A stretch of 64,000 nucleotides of DNA from Chiloscyllium plagiosum (lineage: Eukaryota), in the NCBI RefSeq assembly GCF_004010195.1, contig NC_057753.1:1749930-1813929 (forward strand), read 5' to 3'. Below are positions 1 to 11,780 of this stretch, one piece after another; within the stretch, counting starts at the first letter, position 1, and every line of letters begins with the position of its first letter. The notes under the pieces were generated by a model. That model saw only the letters and a list, made by a program, of their open reading frames with translations. It searched no databases and was not told the DNA's origin. A program made the position numbers and the translations under genes.

Positions 1-2190
1 ATCTACATCAGGAAAACTGATGAACCCCTGTTGAACTTCGCTAGTCCAAAAGATATCTGTTAATGGCGACTACTTTATGTCAATCAGACATCAGCATCTT
101 TTAACGTCAATGTTGTTACTGCAACGTTTATTTCATTAACTCCAGTAATTTTCTCAGCAGACTGCTATGGAACAATTTATTAAAACATTTCCTCCGCGTT
201 CATCACATCAATTATGTTATTGTAATCAACATTCTGTTACCTCAACAAAAAATGTTACAGAAAACCTTGGGAGGTGATGTTTCTTCAAAGTATCTGTGCA
301 AGTTTTCCTGAATTAACAAACACCTTTCCATTGCCCTTAACAAATTACCTTTTCTAAAACTTTTCCTACGACCAAAGTTAAACTATCCAGCCCCCACAGC
401 TTTTTTAAACGTTTCGTTGATGATGAGTGAAGATCTAATATCATTTGCCAGGAACTGTGACGTAAATGAGTGAAGTGATTAAATTACAATTACATTTCTC
501 TGTCAAACTACAGTTGCGTATGGCACGACAGTGGTTGATATTCACATTTATACCTGATGCCAGTCTCCAGAAACAGAATTAAATGCCTTGGACTTTTACA
601 ATAGTTACTTAATTGTAAAAAAAAGTTCTGGGATTTTTTTTCGGTTTGTCTTCAGTTTGGATGGAATAGGAATTTTATTCCTGGGCACTGACAGTGCTTT
701 GAAGTGAAGCAGTGCAAGATGTGGTTTCCTTGATTTAAAAAAAAACAATAAGAAACCGATCATTGCAAATGTAAACAAGGATGTTTTGCATTACTCTTTA
801 CTGTGAAAAATAAATCTTTACCTGAGATGGTCTATTTTATGGGAATATGCAGCAAAGTTTCCTCTCATGATCATTATTCAGTCTGTAGTATCAATGATTA
901 AATCCAAGATGGTTTCAAAACCCTCTGAATCGGTATAACCACTTTAAAGCAACGGTCTGTGCACGGATTCTGGGCATGTCAATTGCATTTCATGCTGCTT
1001 TCACAGGGTCGGTTATTTTTAAAAATTACCTCCAGCGCAGACTGGACCACATGGGAACCATTAAATTATATTCTGACACGTCAACTACATCTTGATCAGT
1101 TTAAACTGAACATGCCCAGGTCCAATTCAGCAGTTATGCCAGAATTGATATTGGCTGCTTTCTGCCGAGACACTTAGAGTGGTTACACCCTGAGCAGTGT
1201 GATTACATTCTGCATTGCTTTATGTCTGCACAAGACCATGTGAACTTGTGTGTTTTCACAAGGGCACTTGCGTGGTGCGGAGAGAGGGTAAATCTCTTCA
1301 TTGACCAGCCACGCACTAGGTGTTAACAAGGCTAAATTAAGCGTAGACAGGCTCATTCAGTATTCTCCAGCTGCAAAAGGACAGTTCATTGTCCTCATCG
1401 GGGTGCATTTCGTCAAGGAAGAAAAGTACAGACGAACATAATTCATTTCAACATAGAGAGAACCGTATTAACAAGTTAGTGTCATTGTGAAACTATACAA
1501 GCGAATTTGTTTGTTAGTACAGTGACAGCAACGACTTGTGAATACTTCCATTCAGTGATGAAAATTTACGTTCACTTGTGAACACAGTTACATTCAGTTT
1601 GCACAACTTCATTTCAGCAAATTTATATTCAGCATACGAAATGATGGATCGAGGACACTTGCCTTCGTTATGTTAGGTCCGGGTGTGTAGTGTGACCTTC
1701 AGCTGTTAAAAAAAGATTATAACACTTTGAAGATCACATGAGCGCATTGAGTTTGAAATGATAAGGTGAAGTGTGGTACAATGCCAATGGTTACATTTCC
1801 CGTGTTTGCAAGACATACTCGGAATGGAAGCTATTGTTTCAGGTGACGTAACTGAAATGCACCTGGAAAAGATCTTAGGAGAAGCTTGAGAAGGACAGAA
1901 GTAAATAACATTCGATACAAAACCTATTGAATGTCCTACTATTCAATCAAATCAAATCTATTCTCAAGTCCATTCTCCTGCCTTTTGTCCAGAATCATTG
2001 ACTCCCTTACTGATTTGAAATCTAACTCAGCCTTGAATAATCTTATTGACAATGTCTCTGCAGTTCTCTGTGGTAATGAACTCCACAAATCCATAATCGT
2101 CTGACAGGAGAAATTCTTACTTGTTTCAGTCTCAGATATGGAACATATTACTCTGAGATTATGCCCTCAAAGTGAAACAAGTTCTCAGCA
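1..2190. repeat. Diverged paralogous unit lacking the GPCR gene (downstream flank fused to upstream flank)
   Basis: 1-490 aligns by eye to ~14990-15450. 493-2190 aligns to 20288-~21980, and to 47143-47370 + 48200-49327 + 52630-52940. Confidence 0.8.
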
Positions 2191-2204
2191 TGTACTTTGT
2201 CGAA

Positions 2205-2737
2205 ACGTGTGGCGCTGGAAAAGCACAGCCGTTCAGGCAGTATCCGAGGAGCAGCAGAATGGACGTTTCGGGCATAAACCCTTCTTCAGGAATGAGGTTT
2301 GTGTGCCAAGGGGGCTGAGAGAGGAATGGGAGGGGGTGGGGCTGGGGGAAAGGCAGCTGGAAATGATATAATTAGATGAAGATGGGGGTGAAAGTGATGG
2401 GTCGGAGAGGAGCCGAAATGTGGAAAGGAAGATGGACAGTTCGAGATGTTAAGGGGCGTTGCCGACTTGGAAGATTGGAACTGGGTTTAGGTGGGAGAAA
2501 GAGAAATGGAGAAACTGGTGAAATCCACATTGACCCCTTGTGGTTGGTGGGTCCCAAGGTGGAATATGAGGAGTTCTTCCTCCAGGCGTCAGGTGGTTCG
2601 GGATTGTCGATGGAGGAGGCCCTGGAATTGCCTGCCCTTGGCAGAGTGGAGGCGGGAGTTAAAGTGTTCAGTCACAGGGAAGTGGTATTTATTGGTGCGA
2701 GTGTCCCAGAGGAATCATCTGAAACGATCCGCAAGTT
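2205..2737 (-). mobile_element. Penelope-like element (family 1), 3' fragment: end of GIY-YIG endonuclease plus tail
   Basis: Reverse complement matches the 3' part of the element at 36230-36790 (…GTHQPQGVNVDF-like coding end, pyrimidine-rich 3' region, hammerhead-bearing tail). Confidence 0.8.
2258..2293 (-). ncRNA. Minimal hammerhead ribozyme motif in Penelope tail
   Basis: Minus strand attc-CTGAAGA-agggtttatgccc-GAAAC-GTC: both core boxes, stem II ggg…ccc and the NUH cleavage triplet are present; stem I is imperfect. Confidence 0.6.
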
Positions 2738-3389
2738 GGCGCCAGCAAAAGCCATCAAGAAAAGTGTTTTAAAAAGAGAACTAACACACGTTTCTATTCA
2801 CAAAATGTCTTCACCATAAATACAGGTTCCGTGACATGGTGAGGTCATAATTAATCTGCTCCAAGTTTGTCTCCAACAGTCATTACTACTCAAGTGATAG
2901 ATATTACGAATGATTCATTAAGATCATTCTTAACAAACTTAACAAAACTTAACAAAATAACTTTCCAAAATAAAACTACTCAATGTAAAGTCATCCAATG
3001 AACGTAGCATTGATTACACAATATTCACGACATTTTCCTTCGTCTACTAGCTTCTGCACTCCTGTCACCTAAGGCTACAGATTTCACATTCATCTGCATT
3101 GGACTGATTGCCTAAGCTTTGCTGGCTACCATATAGCCTTTGAGAATCATCAAAATACAACACTTCTCTCACTCTACAGATCTCCCCCCACTTTGTGACC
3201 CATCTTCCCTCCATTGTATCTCTTGTATACCTTTGCATTCACTTTCAAAACGTTTTGGCTTTCTATTCTCCTGGCTGTTCAGCTCTGTTTAATATTCCAC
3301 CTCAGCTACCTTTAGATTGCGACTGCCCATTTATTTCATGGCTTACTGCCCGTTGCCCCTTATGTTGTCACTTCTGCTCCAGTTTCAGG

Positions 3390-3545
3390 CTGCTCGTTCC
3401 CCACCCCAAACCCGCCCCCTATCCATTATATCTGCAACTGCCCTTTCACCCAATCTCAGTCCTTAAGAGTTACTCTTGTTGTCTTCTCCGCCTCTTGATG
3501 CTGCGTGGCTTCCTGTGTACTTCCAGCCTCCCAATTTTCTACCAG
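3390..3545 (+). mobile_element. Degenerate Penelope-like 3' tail
   Basis: …gatgctgcgtggcttcctgtgtacttccagc resembles the tails at 36710-36790 and 62770-62870. Confidence 0.45.
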
Positions 3546-3659
3546 GTCAAAGATTGTGCCCATTCTACGACCGAGATCAGTTTTGTTCCCACCATATTAG
3601 ATTTGCCTACAAGTTGCGGTAGCTTTCAGACATGAAATTGTCCACCCCTGGACAACCCC

Positions 3660-3810
3660 GGTTCAAAAATGTGCATCCAGGTGTATTAGCCATGTAATGC
3701 AGGACTGTGGGGATATTGCAGTCGGTTTGGTTTGGATGCTCTTGGAACTGTAGGTGTGAACGCTATGGGCCGAATGACCTGCTACCATACTCCAGGGATG
3801 CTATGAATTG
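3660..3810 (+). mobile_element. HE1-like SINE, 3' fragment
   Basis: Reverse-complement similarity to the SINEs at 9325-9625 and 63170-63485; ends in a CR1-like tail (gggccgaatgacctgct…ctatga). Confidence 0.55.
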
Positions 3811-4429
3811 AGTGACGAATGTGGTTTGCGTTCATGAATTAAAATGTTTTAATGGTATACTAAACGGCGATTTTTCATACGGTAGAGAAATTGTATCAGT
3901 GGAAAACAATTTAAAAAAGAGTTTTGTAAGGGGAAATGGCATATCTCACCAACCTGATTGAATATTTTAAAAAGTTGATGATGATTATTGCGGAGGGATG
4001 TGGGTTGGTTAGAAACGCTCTTGATAAAGTCCCACATGGCAAAATTATCCAAAATCAAAAAGAAGTGTATGGGATTTGGCGTAAGCTGGCTGCATGGATA
4101 CAAAACTGGTTTGGTCATTGAATGCAGAGGGTAGATGTAGATTGGTGTTTTTCAGAATGGAGACCGGTGCTACAAAGGGATCAGCCTAAGGTCCTCTGTT
4201 GTTTGTTATATATATATAAATGTGCTGGAGAAAAGTGTGGATGGTCTGATTAGTAAGTTTGCAGATGATATGAAGATTGGTGAAGTTGTTGATAGTGCTG
4301 ACGATTGTGCAAGTTTAGAGCAGCATATAGCTGTGTTCACGACTTCGCACAGAAAAGGCTGATGGAGTTTAATCCAGGCAAATGCGAAGTGATGCATTTT
4401 GTAGGATCATATTTAGCTGTGAATTTTTG

Positions 4430-5428
4430 CATGTGGGTGTGATCGTTGAGCTAAAAAAAATTCGTTTTCAGACGTTTCGTCACCATACTAGTTAAGTCAT
4501 CAGTGAACCTTCGGATGAAGCACTGGTGGCGTGGCCCACTTTCTATTTATGTTTTTAGGTTTCCTTGGATTGGAGATGTCATTTCCTGCGGTGATGTCAT
4601 TTCCTTCTCTTTTTCTTATGGATGGTAAATGGGATCCAAGTCAATGTGTTTGTTGATTAAGTTCCAGTTGGAATGCCATGCTTCTAGGAATTCGCCTATG
4701 TGTCTCTGCTTGGTTTGTCTTAAGACAGTTACACTAACATTAACGAGTAAAAAGGAAGGAAACACACCAAATATACAAGAAAGGTAAGCTCTAGAAATAC
4801 TAGGAAAGATAAAAAAAATCATTGTTATCCTACCTGCAGTCAAAGGACGTTTGACAGTCATTTCAAATCAACGAGACTACATTGAGAAAGCGAACGCACT
4901 ACTTGCAGATACAAACACTTACCAACAAGTGGCGATAGACCCAATACAACAACCAGAGAATCGAATCACAGCCCTACTCAAACAACTTCAGAAATCTGGA
5001 GAAATAAATAAGACTGACTTCCAAAAAATGAAACCAGACCAATTCATCACATGATGCTTCTACGGATTACACTAAATTCCCAACCAGGAGCTCTTCTCCG
5101 ACCCACAGTCTCTCTACCTGGAACATAACTTCCAGATTGACCATGGAACTACACCAAAGACTAAACCACTTAGTAGAAGACTTGCACCACTCCATCCACT
5201 CCACCCAAGAATTCCTGTGAACCATGAAAGGCACCAAAATCGACGAGAATGAAATAATGGTCTCCTTTGACGTAACAGCCCTGTTCGCATCCATAAACAT
5301 CAATCTGGCTAAGGAGACACTGACTACACTATTATAAGAACCAAAGATACATGCACAAAACACCACCAACTTCATCAGCAAGGGCAATGTCGTCAAGCTA
5401 GTGGACCTATGCTTTACCACCCACTCAT
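4430..5428. mobile_element. Penelope-like element (family 2) with internal inversion
   Basis: 4430-4728 on the minus strand is the tail plus GIY-YIG C-terminus (EFLEAWHSNWNLINKHIDLDPIYHP). 4730-5428 on the plus strand is the RT N-terminal part (ILPAVKGR, DYIEKANALLADTNTY, MVSFDVTALF). Confidence 0.85.
4467..4507 (-). ncRNA. Minimal hammerhead ribozyme motif in Penelope tail
   Basis: Minus strand ttca-CTGATGA-cttaactagtatggtgac-GAAAC-GTC-tgaa: both core boxes intact, stem I ttca/tgaa, GUC cleavage triplet; stem II partly mismatched. Confidence 0.65.
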
Positions 5429-5560
5429 TGCTTGCAGTTTTGATCGCCACATTACCAGAAGGATGTGGAAACTTTGGACAGAGTGCAGAGAAGTTTCACT
5501 AGGATGTTGCCTTGTCTCAAAGGCATTGACTAGTTTAAAAAGACCAGGCTTGTTTTCACT

Positions 5561-6130
5561 TGTTATGGACCAGGCCAGACCACCTCAGAACATTTCAAGA
5601 ATGCAGCCCAGACCCTAAGTTTTCTCGTTGTATTAAGCATTTTTCGATGGATATTCCAGGAGTGTTGCAGCTGGTCCAATCACCCAGTTTTTAACAAAAC
5701 AGAATGTATTTCCATGCAAACAAAAGAGTACAGAATATAAAACAGAGTAACATCAGAACACCCAATCGACACAAAAACGTAACTTAATGAGGCTGGTCGA
5801 AATAATTGCAATCCCAGAAATATTCCCATGACAAAATAGGTAAACTCAAACACAGGATCTTCGAGGAGAGATGGCATACGGAGAGCATCAGAGTGGAAGT
5901 ATTTCTTCTGTGTCCACAGCAGCTTCTCTCAGTTCGCAGCAAAAATGTGATGAGCAGCTGCAAGCAAAACAGTTTGCAAAAACCAAACGAACCTTTAACT
6001 GGGAGAACTGCCCATGCTCCATCTTCAAGTTCATAAACCTAAACATATCGGAAGTTCTGCCATTTACATTCCCTTTTGAAAACAAAATCCAAGGACAATA
6101 TAACCTTGTTAATGAAACAGCATCGTCGCA
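5561..6130. mobile_element. Solo LTR (570 bp) with 4-bp TSD
   Basis: TG…CA termini (tgttatgg…gtcgca) flanked by CACT at 5557-5560 and 6131-6134. Removing it restores the CR1 sequence. The same terminus recurs at 34322. Confidence 0.8.
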
Positions 6131-6619
6131 CACTGCAAAGACTATGACTGAGACGAGACTTGAAAGAGGTCGAAAAATTATGATAGGCATAGGTAGGGGA
6201 GATTGTCGGAAGCTTTTTCATACGATTGAAGTTTCAATTATAAGTAGGCGCAGGTTCAAGGTGAAAGTGGGAATATTTAAAGGAGATGTGTGAAGGAATC
6301 TTTTCACGCAAAGCATGGTAGGACTCTGGAGCACACTGCCACAGAGATGGTGGAAGCAGGCACGTTGGGGACATTTAAGAGACATTTGGAAGGTTACATG
6401 AATATGGAGAGAATAGAAGGTTACGGACCGAATAAGGGCAGAAATCTTTTTTTAAGTTTACTTAGGGCATGATGATCGGCACAGGCTAGGGCAGCCAAAG
6501 GGCCCGTTCCTGAGCTGCACTTCTGTTTGTTCTTTGATATAAACAACAATAAAGAAATGATTGGTATGGCTCAAATTAGTCACCATTCAGCCACAATAGA
6601 TACACCCTGCGTGACTGAT

Positions 6620-6800
6620 TAGAAGCAAGGGTAGAAATATGAAATTATATTCTCAATCTTTCAACCCTCCTTCAATACTGGTGTCATGGCTGATCTTCAA
6701 CTGTATAGCCTGATCCTGCTTTCTTCCCTTAACCTTTGATCACATGCGTCCTAAGTGCTGCATCTAGCCGTCTCTTGAATCCATCCAATATTTTGGAAGG
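6620..6800 (-). mobile_element. CR1/L2-type LINE 3' tail fragment
   Basis: Resembles reverse-complemented LINE 3' ends elsewhere in the window (catggctgatct…tcttgaat). Confidence 0.4.
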
Positions 6801-7034
6801 GACGTATGTTGTGGTGTCCTTTTGTTGTTCAGACTATCGCGCTTTTAATACATATTAATAAACTGGTTATAAATTTGCATATGATAAACAAAGTGAAAAT
6901 GCAGTCAGCATTGACGAAGAGAATAGCAAACTTCTGGAGGACAGAGACTGCAGAAAATAGCAAATATACAAGAAGTTTGAGAAGCGTGTTGATGCATTTT
7001 TGAAAAAAGAATGAGAACAGACATTTTAAAATAA

Positions 7035-7980
7035 ATGGTACCATCTGTCTGCCTTAAATGCCATTACCTGCACATCTCTTGTTAAATTCCTCCGCCTCCT
7101 CACCCTCCTTCATCTTGAACCTTTGTCCCCTAGTGATTCACTCCTCCACCCTGAGTAAAGGAGGCCTCTTATTTTCCACTCTATCTATGACTCTATCCAT
7201 GACTCTATCCGCAATGTTTTAAACTTCTGTCAGTTCGCCCCTTACCCTCCTGTGTTCCAGTGAAATTAACTCAGTCCTTCACAGCTAAAATCCCACATGC
7301 AAGGTAACACCCTGGTAAAGCTTTCCTGAGACTTTTCCAAAGTATGCATCCCTCCTGATAATGTGGTGACCAGAATTGTGCACAGTTTAATGTCAAGCAA
7401 GCCATTGTTCTTTTTCCCAACCGTATTTTCCTGTGATGCTACCTTCAGTGAACTGTGGACCTGCACACACGGATCCTTCTGCATATCACTACTCCTAAAT
7501 GTTCTGTGATTCACTGTTAAATGTCCACCTGCAATTGAACTTACAAAATGCATCACTTCACAGTTGCCCGGACTAAACTCTGCCTACCATTTTCTGCCTA
7601 TGCTTCCACTAGATTTATATTCTGTTGCAATTGCTGATGATACGCGTCACCGTCTGCAACTCTATCAATCATTGTATCGTCCACAAATTTACTAATAACA
7701 CCGACTGCATTTTCCTTGAAATCATGTGACTTTAACTTTTGTGCCAGTTTGCCTTGAGAGACATTGTCAAAGGCTTTACTAAAGTCCATGCAGACAACAT
7801 AAACCAATTTCCCTCATCAACCATTTCGTTACCTCCTCAAAAACCCCGATGAAGTTATTGAAGCATGACCTCCCAGACAAAAGAAACCATGCTGTTTATC
7901 ACTAATAAGTCCACTTCTTTCTAAATGCGTAAAGGTCTTGTTACTGAGAATCTTTTCCAATGATTTCCGTACCACTGGGA
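7035..7980 (-). mobile_element. CR1 LINE RT fragment
   Basis: MDFSKAFDNVSQG, ISKFVDDT, VQVHSSLKVASQ in minus-strand ORFs. Confidence 0.85.
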
Positions 7981-7994
7981 TGGGCTATATCTTT

Positions 7995-8410
7995 TATTTT
8001 TAACTGGAGCGTAGGAGGGTGAAGGGTGATCTTATATAGGTTTATAAAATTATGAGGGACATAGCTAATGTAAGCAATAGCGTCCTTTTCTCTAAAAGGG
8101 GGGGGGGGGGGGGGGTTCAAACCTGCGGAACNNNNNNNNNNNNNNNNNNNNNNNNNNNNNNNNNNNNNNNNNNNNNNGGGACAAGTCTTTTTTTACAGAG
8201 ATAGTAGTTAGTGTGTGGAATGAACTGCCAAACGAAGTGACAGATGCAGGTTCGGTTACAACGTTTAAAAGACATTTGGATAGGTACATGAATGCGAAAT
8301 TCGAGGAATCTGAGTCAAATGGAGGCAGGCGGAATTAGCTTGGTTTGGGAACAAGTACCGCGTGGACTATTTGGACTGAAGCGCCTGCTTCCACAATCTG
8401 TGACTCTACG
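7995..8410 (+). mobile_element. CR1 LINE 3' end (contains G18 run at 8098-8115 and 46-N gap at 8132-8177)
   Basis: Typical CR1 3' sequence (ggtttataaaattatgaggg…tggaatgaactgcc…tttaaaagacatttgga…tgtgactcta); paralog at 60870-61230. Confidence 0.8.
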
Positions 8411-9324
8411 TGACAAAAAAAAACATGTTCGAGTATGTCTCAGGCACATACGCATGCTCACATCCAAACTTCTATTTGGTACACATAATCTTAGTTAAGA
8501 TAGAAATTCTTCAATGTGCATGCAAGTGGAGAGAGGACCAACAGAGCTCTCACTCTCAGCCAATGCATTGACACAGCTTCAGATTTTATTTCTGGAAATA
8601 GAGTAAATATTGTTTGTGGAACAACATATTTACTGTGTTCATGACATTTCCCGTGGTAGAAAGTCTTCGATTTCTGTGCCACACTGTAATCTCCGCTTTA
8701 CACTGTAATCACCATTTCAACTAACTGGATTTGAAAAAATCTGGTGTCTAAGTCATATTCTGTTGTTGCTGACTAAAGCAGAAGGGATGTGTTTCCCCAG
8801 AACTGCATATGCCTTGCTTTCTTCGACTCCTTATTTTGATTTTATTGGTGGTTTATTATATAAAAATGATACGAAGTAATTTGGTAGCTTCTCGGTAATT
8901 TTCACTTTTTCAGTTCCAGTGCGGTTTCAGTCTGTCTTTCGGAGCACCCGTGAACGTTATTTACTCCATGCGAGACCAATTCGTCTGCGTTGGCATATCT
9001 GTTCAATCCTGCTGTTGACTGGATGAATTGCTAATGTGTCTGGTCGCTTCAAAATGCGAACCTGGGGCATTTAAAGGGCAAAGTTGAGCCGTTTAGATTC
9101 ATTGTTTAAAGTGAGCAATGAAATTGGTGAAAAGATACACAGTTCAGGCTTTTTTTGCGGACATTGAACAAATGCACCTTTTCACACAAGCATGGCGCTT
9201 GTTTTTCATCATGTCTCAAAATGCATTCTGCTGCTCATCTTTCTTTTGGTTTTGGGATCTGGTGGAAAAATTGATGTTGGGGGTAGAGATATCAACTTGC
9301 CTTTTTTTCATGGACGAGATGAGT

Positions 9325-9625
9325 GAGAATTAGAATCCCAGCAGTGCAGGGACTGCTGTGGAATCAGGACATTCCACTCATTCGACCCACACTGACCGTC
9401 CGAGACCATTCAACCCAGACTAACTCTCTGAATCTGTCCCGTGACACTGTATTTCCCATGATCAATTCACTTAACCTGCTCTGGTTTGGCCTGGAAGCTG
9501 GAGCACTGGCGGAATCAGAGATGGACATGGGGAGAGCATGTAAACTCCACGTAGACTTTCGTCTAAGTTTGCAATTTAACCCACGTCCCTAGCGCTGTGA
9601 AGCAGCAGTGCTAACCACTGTGCCC
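9325..9625 (-). mobile_element. HE1-like tRNA-derived SINE
   Basis: Minus strand starts ggcacagtggttagcactgctgcttcacagcgctagggac (tRNA-like A/B boxes) and ends in a CR1-derived tail. Confidence 0.8.
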
Positions 9626-10225
9626 CTTACCACAGGTATTATTCATCCTGCTGAAAACCAGTGAGATCAGGGGAACGACAGTGACTGTATTTAGCTGTTG
9701 AGCACATCTACGATTGAACATTAATCATTTGGAAAGTTGGGATTGATTTTCACGTATATTTGAGACGGGATTAAACATTTTTACAATCAGTTTTCTGCAT
9801 TTTATAAATTGCTCGGAAACGAAGAATATTTCTTCACGTTGTCCTCAACCGTTTGCAAGATGTAAATAAGCTATGAGTCATTTCTACTTTCTGCATTTTA
9901 ATTACTGACAATGGGGTCTGTGCTACTTTGTAATCTGCAAACATAGGTTGGTTAATTCATTTGTGGAGCACTATAAAATTCAGTTTGCAAAGTGGACGCT
10001 GACTTTTTGGTAAAGTATTCTTGTACTTTTCTGCCCATTCCCACTCTGACTTTGGTCTCCTGCAATGCTGCAGGAAAACTGAATGGGAACTCAACAATAA
10101 ATTTCAATTCAACATTTTCCAAGCTTCCATTCTCAACATGAAATTCAGTTTCTGCACCAAAGGGTATGGAAAACAAAGAGCATGAACGCATGGGAAGTGT
10201 TAAAGCTTGAAGACCACTGGCGATC

Positions 10226-10907
10226 TGTTACAAGGAGTCTGTGGAATGTTAAGCTAGTCAAAAGCTCACTGTGACAGGATGGGGTCACTGTGGCAGGATG
10301 GGGTCAGAATAGTGGAATGCACCTTCAACAATTTATCAAAGTCAGGTTGGGGCTGAAAGGTCACTATGGCGCGATGAGCTAAGAACAATTAGTAAAGTCA
10401 GCCTCGCCTGCTAAATAGCATCATGGCAGGTTGGGACAGTTCGGGCCAAAAAATACTTCGGACATGACATTAAATATCTAATTAATAGTAGAGTCATTCA
10501 GCTTGAGACCATTGTGGCAGAACATGAAATTATATATTTAATTAATAGTTAGTAGAGTCAGTTTGGGACAGAAGACCATTGTGGCAGAGGTGGTAGTAAA
10601 ATATCTAATCGTGACATTAGAATAACATTAAGTAGAATTTAGGAAAAAAGCATTGTGGCAGAAGTAGAGAGATAATAGGAACTAACATTACTAGATTATT
10701 GTAAATCTAGAGTGAGGCAATTCTGACTAACATAGTTGGGCATCCTGATAAGCTCACAAAAACATGATAACAAAAAGGTTAAAGAGCCATGGACCCTGGG
10801 GTTCGGGGGCATTCAAGAACGTGCTTTCTGAGTGTCACGGTTTTTTGTTTGAAAATAAAAGACCTACCTCTTGAAGAACTCTCCAGGTCTCCTGGTGATT
10901 CTCTACA
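10226..10907 (+). mobile_element. Candidate solo LTR with internally repetitive U3-like region
   Basis: TG start (10226 or 10240), reiterated ca(c/t)tgtggcag and taattaatag motifs, AATAAA at 10854-10859, end …ctctaCA at 10907. No TSD found. Confidence 0.4.
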
Positions 10908-11079
10908 TTTTCACCACGTCACGGGCAGTTTTCAGATCCTGGAAAACTTGCCCTGAAAATGTGTTCGGACCTGATTTTATGAATAGATTATGCTTGCTTA
11001 TCCTGCATTTACCGATTAATCCTAAAATTCTTGAACAAAACCATAATTTCAGTCGTGAATTCTAGGGAATATCTCCATG

Positions 11080-11780
11080 GTGATATATATTAGCAGATGG
11101 AATAGAGAGGAGGAATATATAGTTCGTGGTGCAATTCTAAAGAGTTTACGGTGATCACGGGATTTCTGTTTCAGGAACATGCATCCTTGAAGCTATTGGG
11201 ACTTATTCGTCGACAGCAAAGCAAACTGAATCTCAAATATCAAAAAGTATTGGTATTGAGAACAAAACGGAGGCAAATAATGTGGTACATTTCTAAATTT
11301 CTCGTTAGTTCACAAGTCTACTTCTGTGTGCACTTCAGGTCACTACTATTTACAATGGTAGTGAGAGTTCTTGGGAGTTTGTAAAGTTGAGCTATCAGAT
11401 TGGTGTCAGAAAAGCAGGTTGAGAAAATATTTGATTAAGTTTCAAGATGTACAATAGGTTTAAATTAGACATAGATGTACAGTTTATTCTTATTAACTGA
11501 TTGTACACTTATTAAGGTCAGATTGAAGTTTCTGAGGAAAAAGACAGAACGGGATGTGATAAGAACATTTTCACACAATTGATGGTGATGTTCGAGAACA
11601 TGCTGTCATGATGGTGTTAGGAAAGGTTGATTTCAAAAAAGAAATTGAATTACTGTTTGAGAGAAGGATCTTGCAAGCATAGAACTGAGGAATGCGTATG
11701 ATTGCATTGTCGCAGGTTGCAAGATTGGGCTCAATCCGCTTAATGGCCTGCTATGCTGTTTAGGGGTTCTGACTCTTTAG
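11080..11780 (+). mobile_element. Ancient CR1 LINE 3' fragment
   Basis: Heavily diverged CR1 3' pattern; paralogous copy at ~37960-38490. Confidence 0.6.

Larger units (their letters stand above)
3930..6537 (+). mobile_element. CR1 (HER1-type) LINE, RT and 3' end, interrupted by a Penelope element and a solo LTR
   Basis: LTNLIEYF, DKVPHG, WIQNW, ISKFADDMKIG motifs at 3936-4420; resumes at ~5430 and 6131; tail ttctgtttgttctttg. Confidence 0.85.

Noticed and set aside
2376..2819. 147-aa plus-strand ORF (also 34356-34667, 35335-35577, 47607-47866)
   Set aside because: Antisense reading of Penelope-like sequence.
2930..2961. Short tandem repeats (ttaacaaaac-like here; 12-nt ctctatcyatga at ~7179-7210; G18 at 8098-8115)
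   Set aside because: Ordinary slippage repeats with no sign of function; the G run lies just before a gap, so its length is unreliable.
5871..6293. 140-aa ORF
   Set aside because: Chance frame spanning the solo LTR/CR1 junction.
9560..9625. tRNA-like sequences (also ~15760-15820, ~44070-44130)
   Set aside because: These are SINE heads, not complete cloverleaf tRNA genes.
10260..10730. Repeat-spacer-like pattern suggestive of a CRISPR array
   Set aside because: Repeats are short, irregularly spaced and interleaved; eukaryotic context and no cas genes.
10268..10850. CACTGTG heptamers and a GGTTTTTTGT stretch resembling V(D)J recombination signals
   Set aside because: No nonamer at 12/23 spacing in the correct orientation, and no V/J segments nearby.
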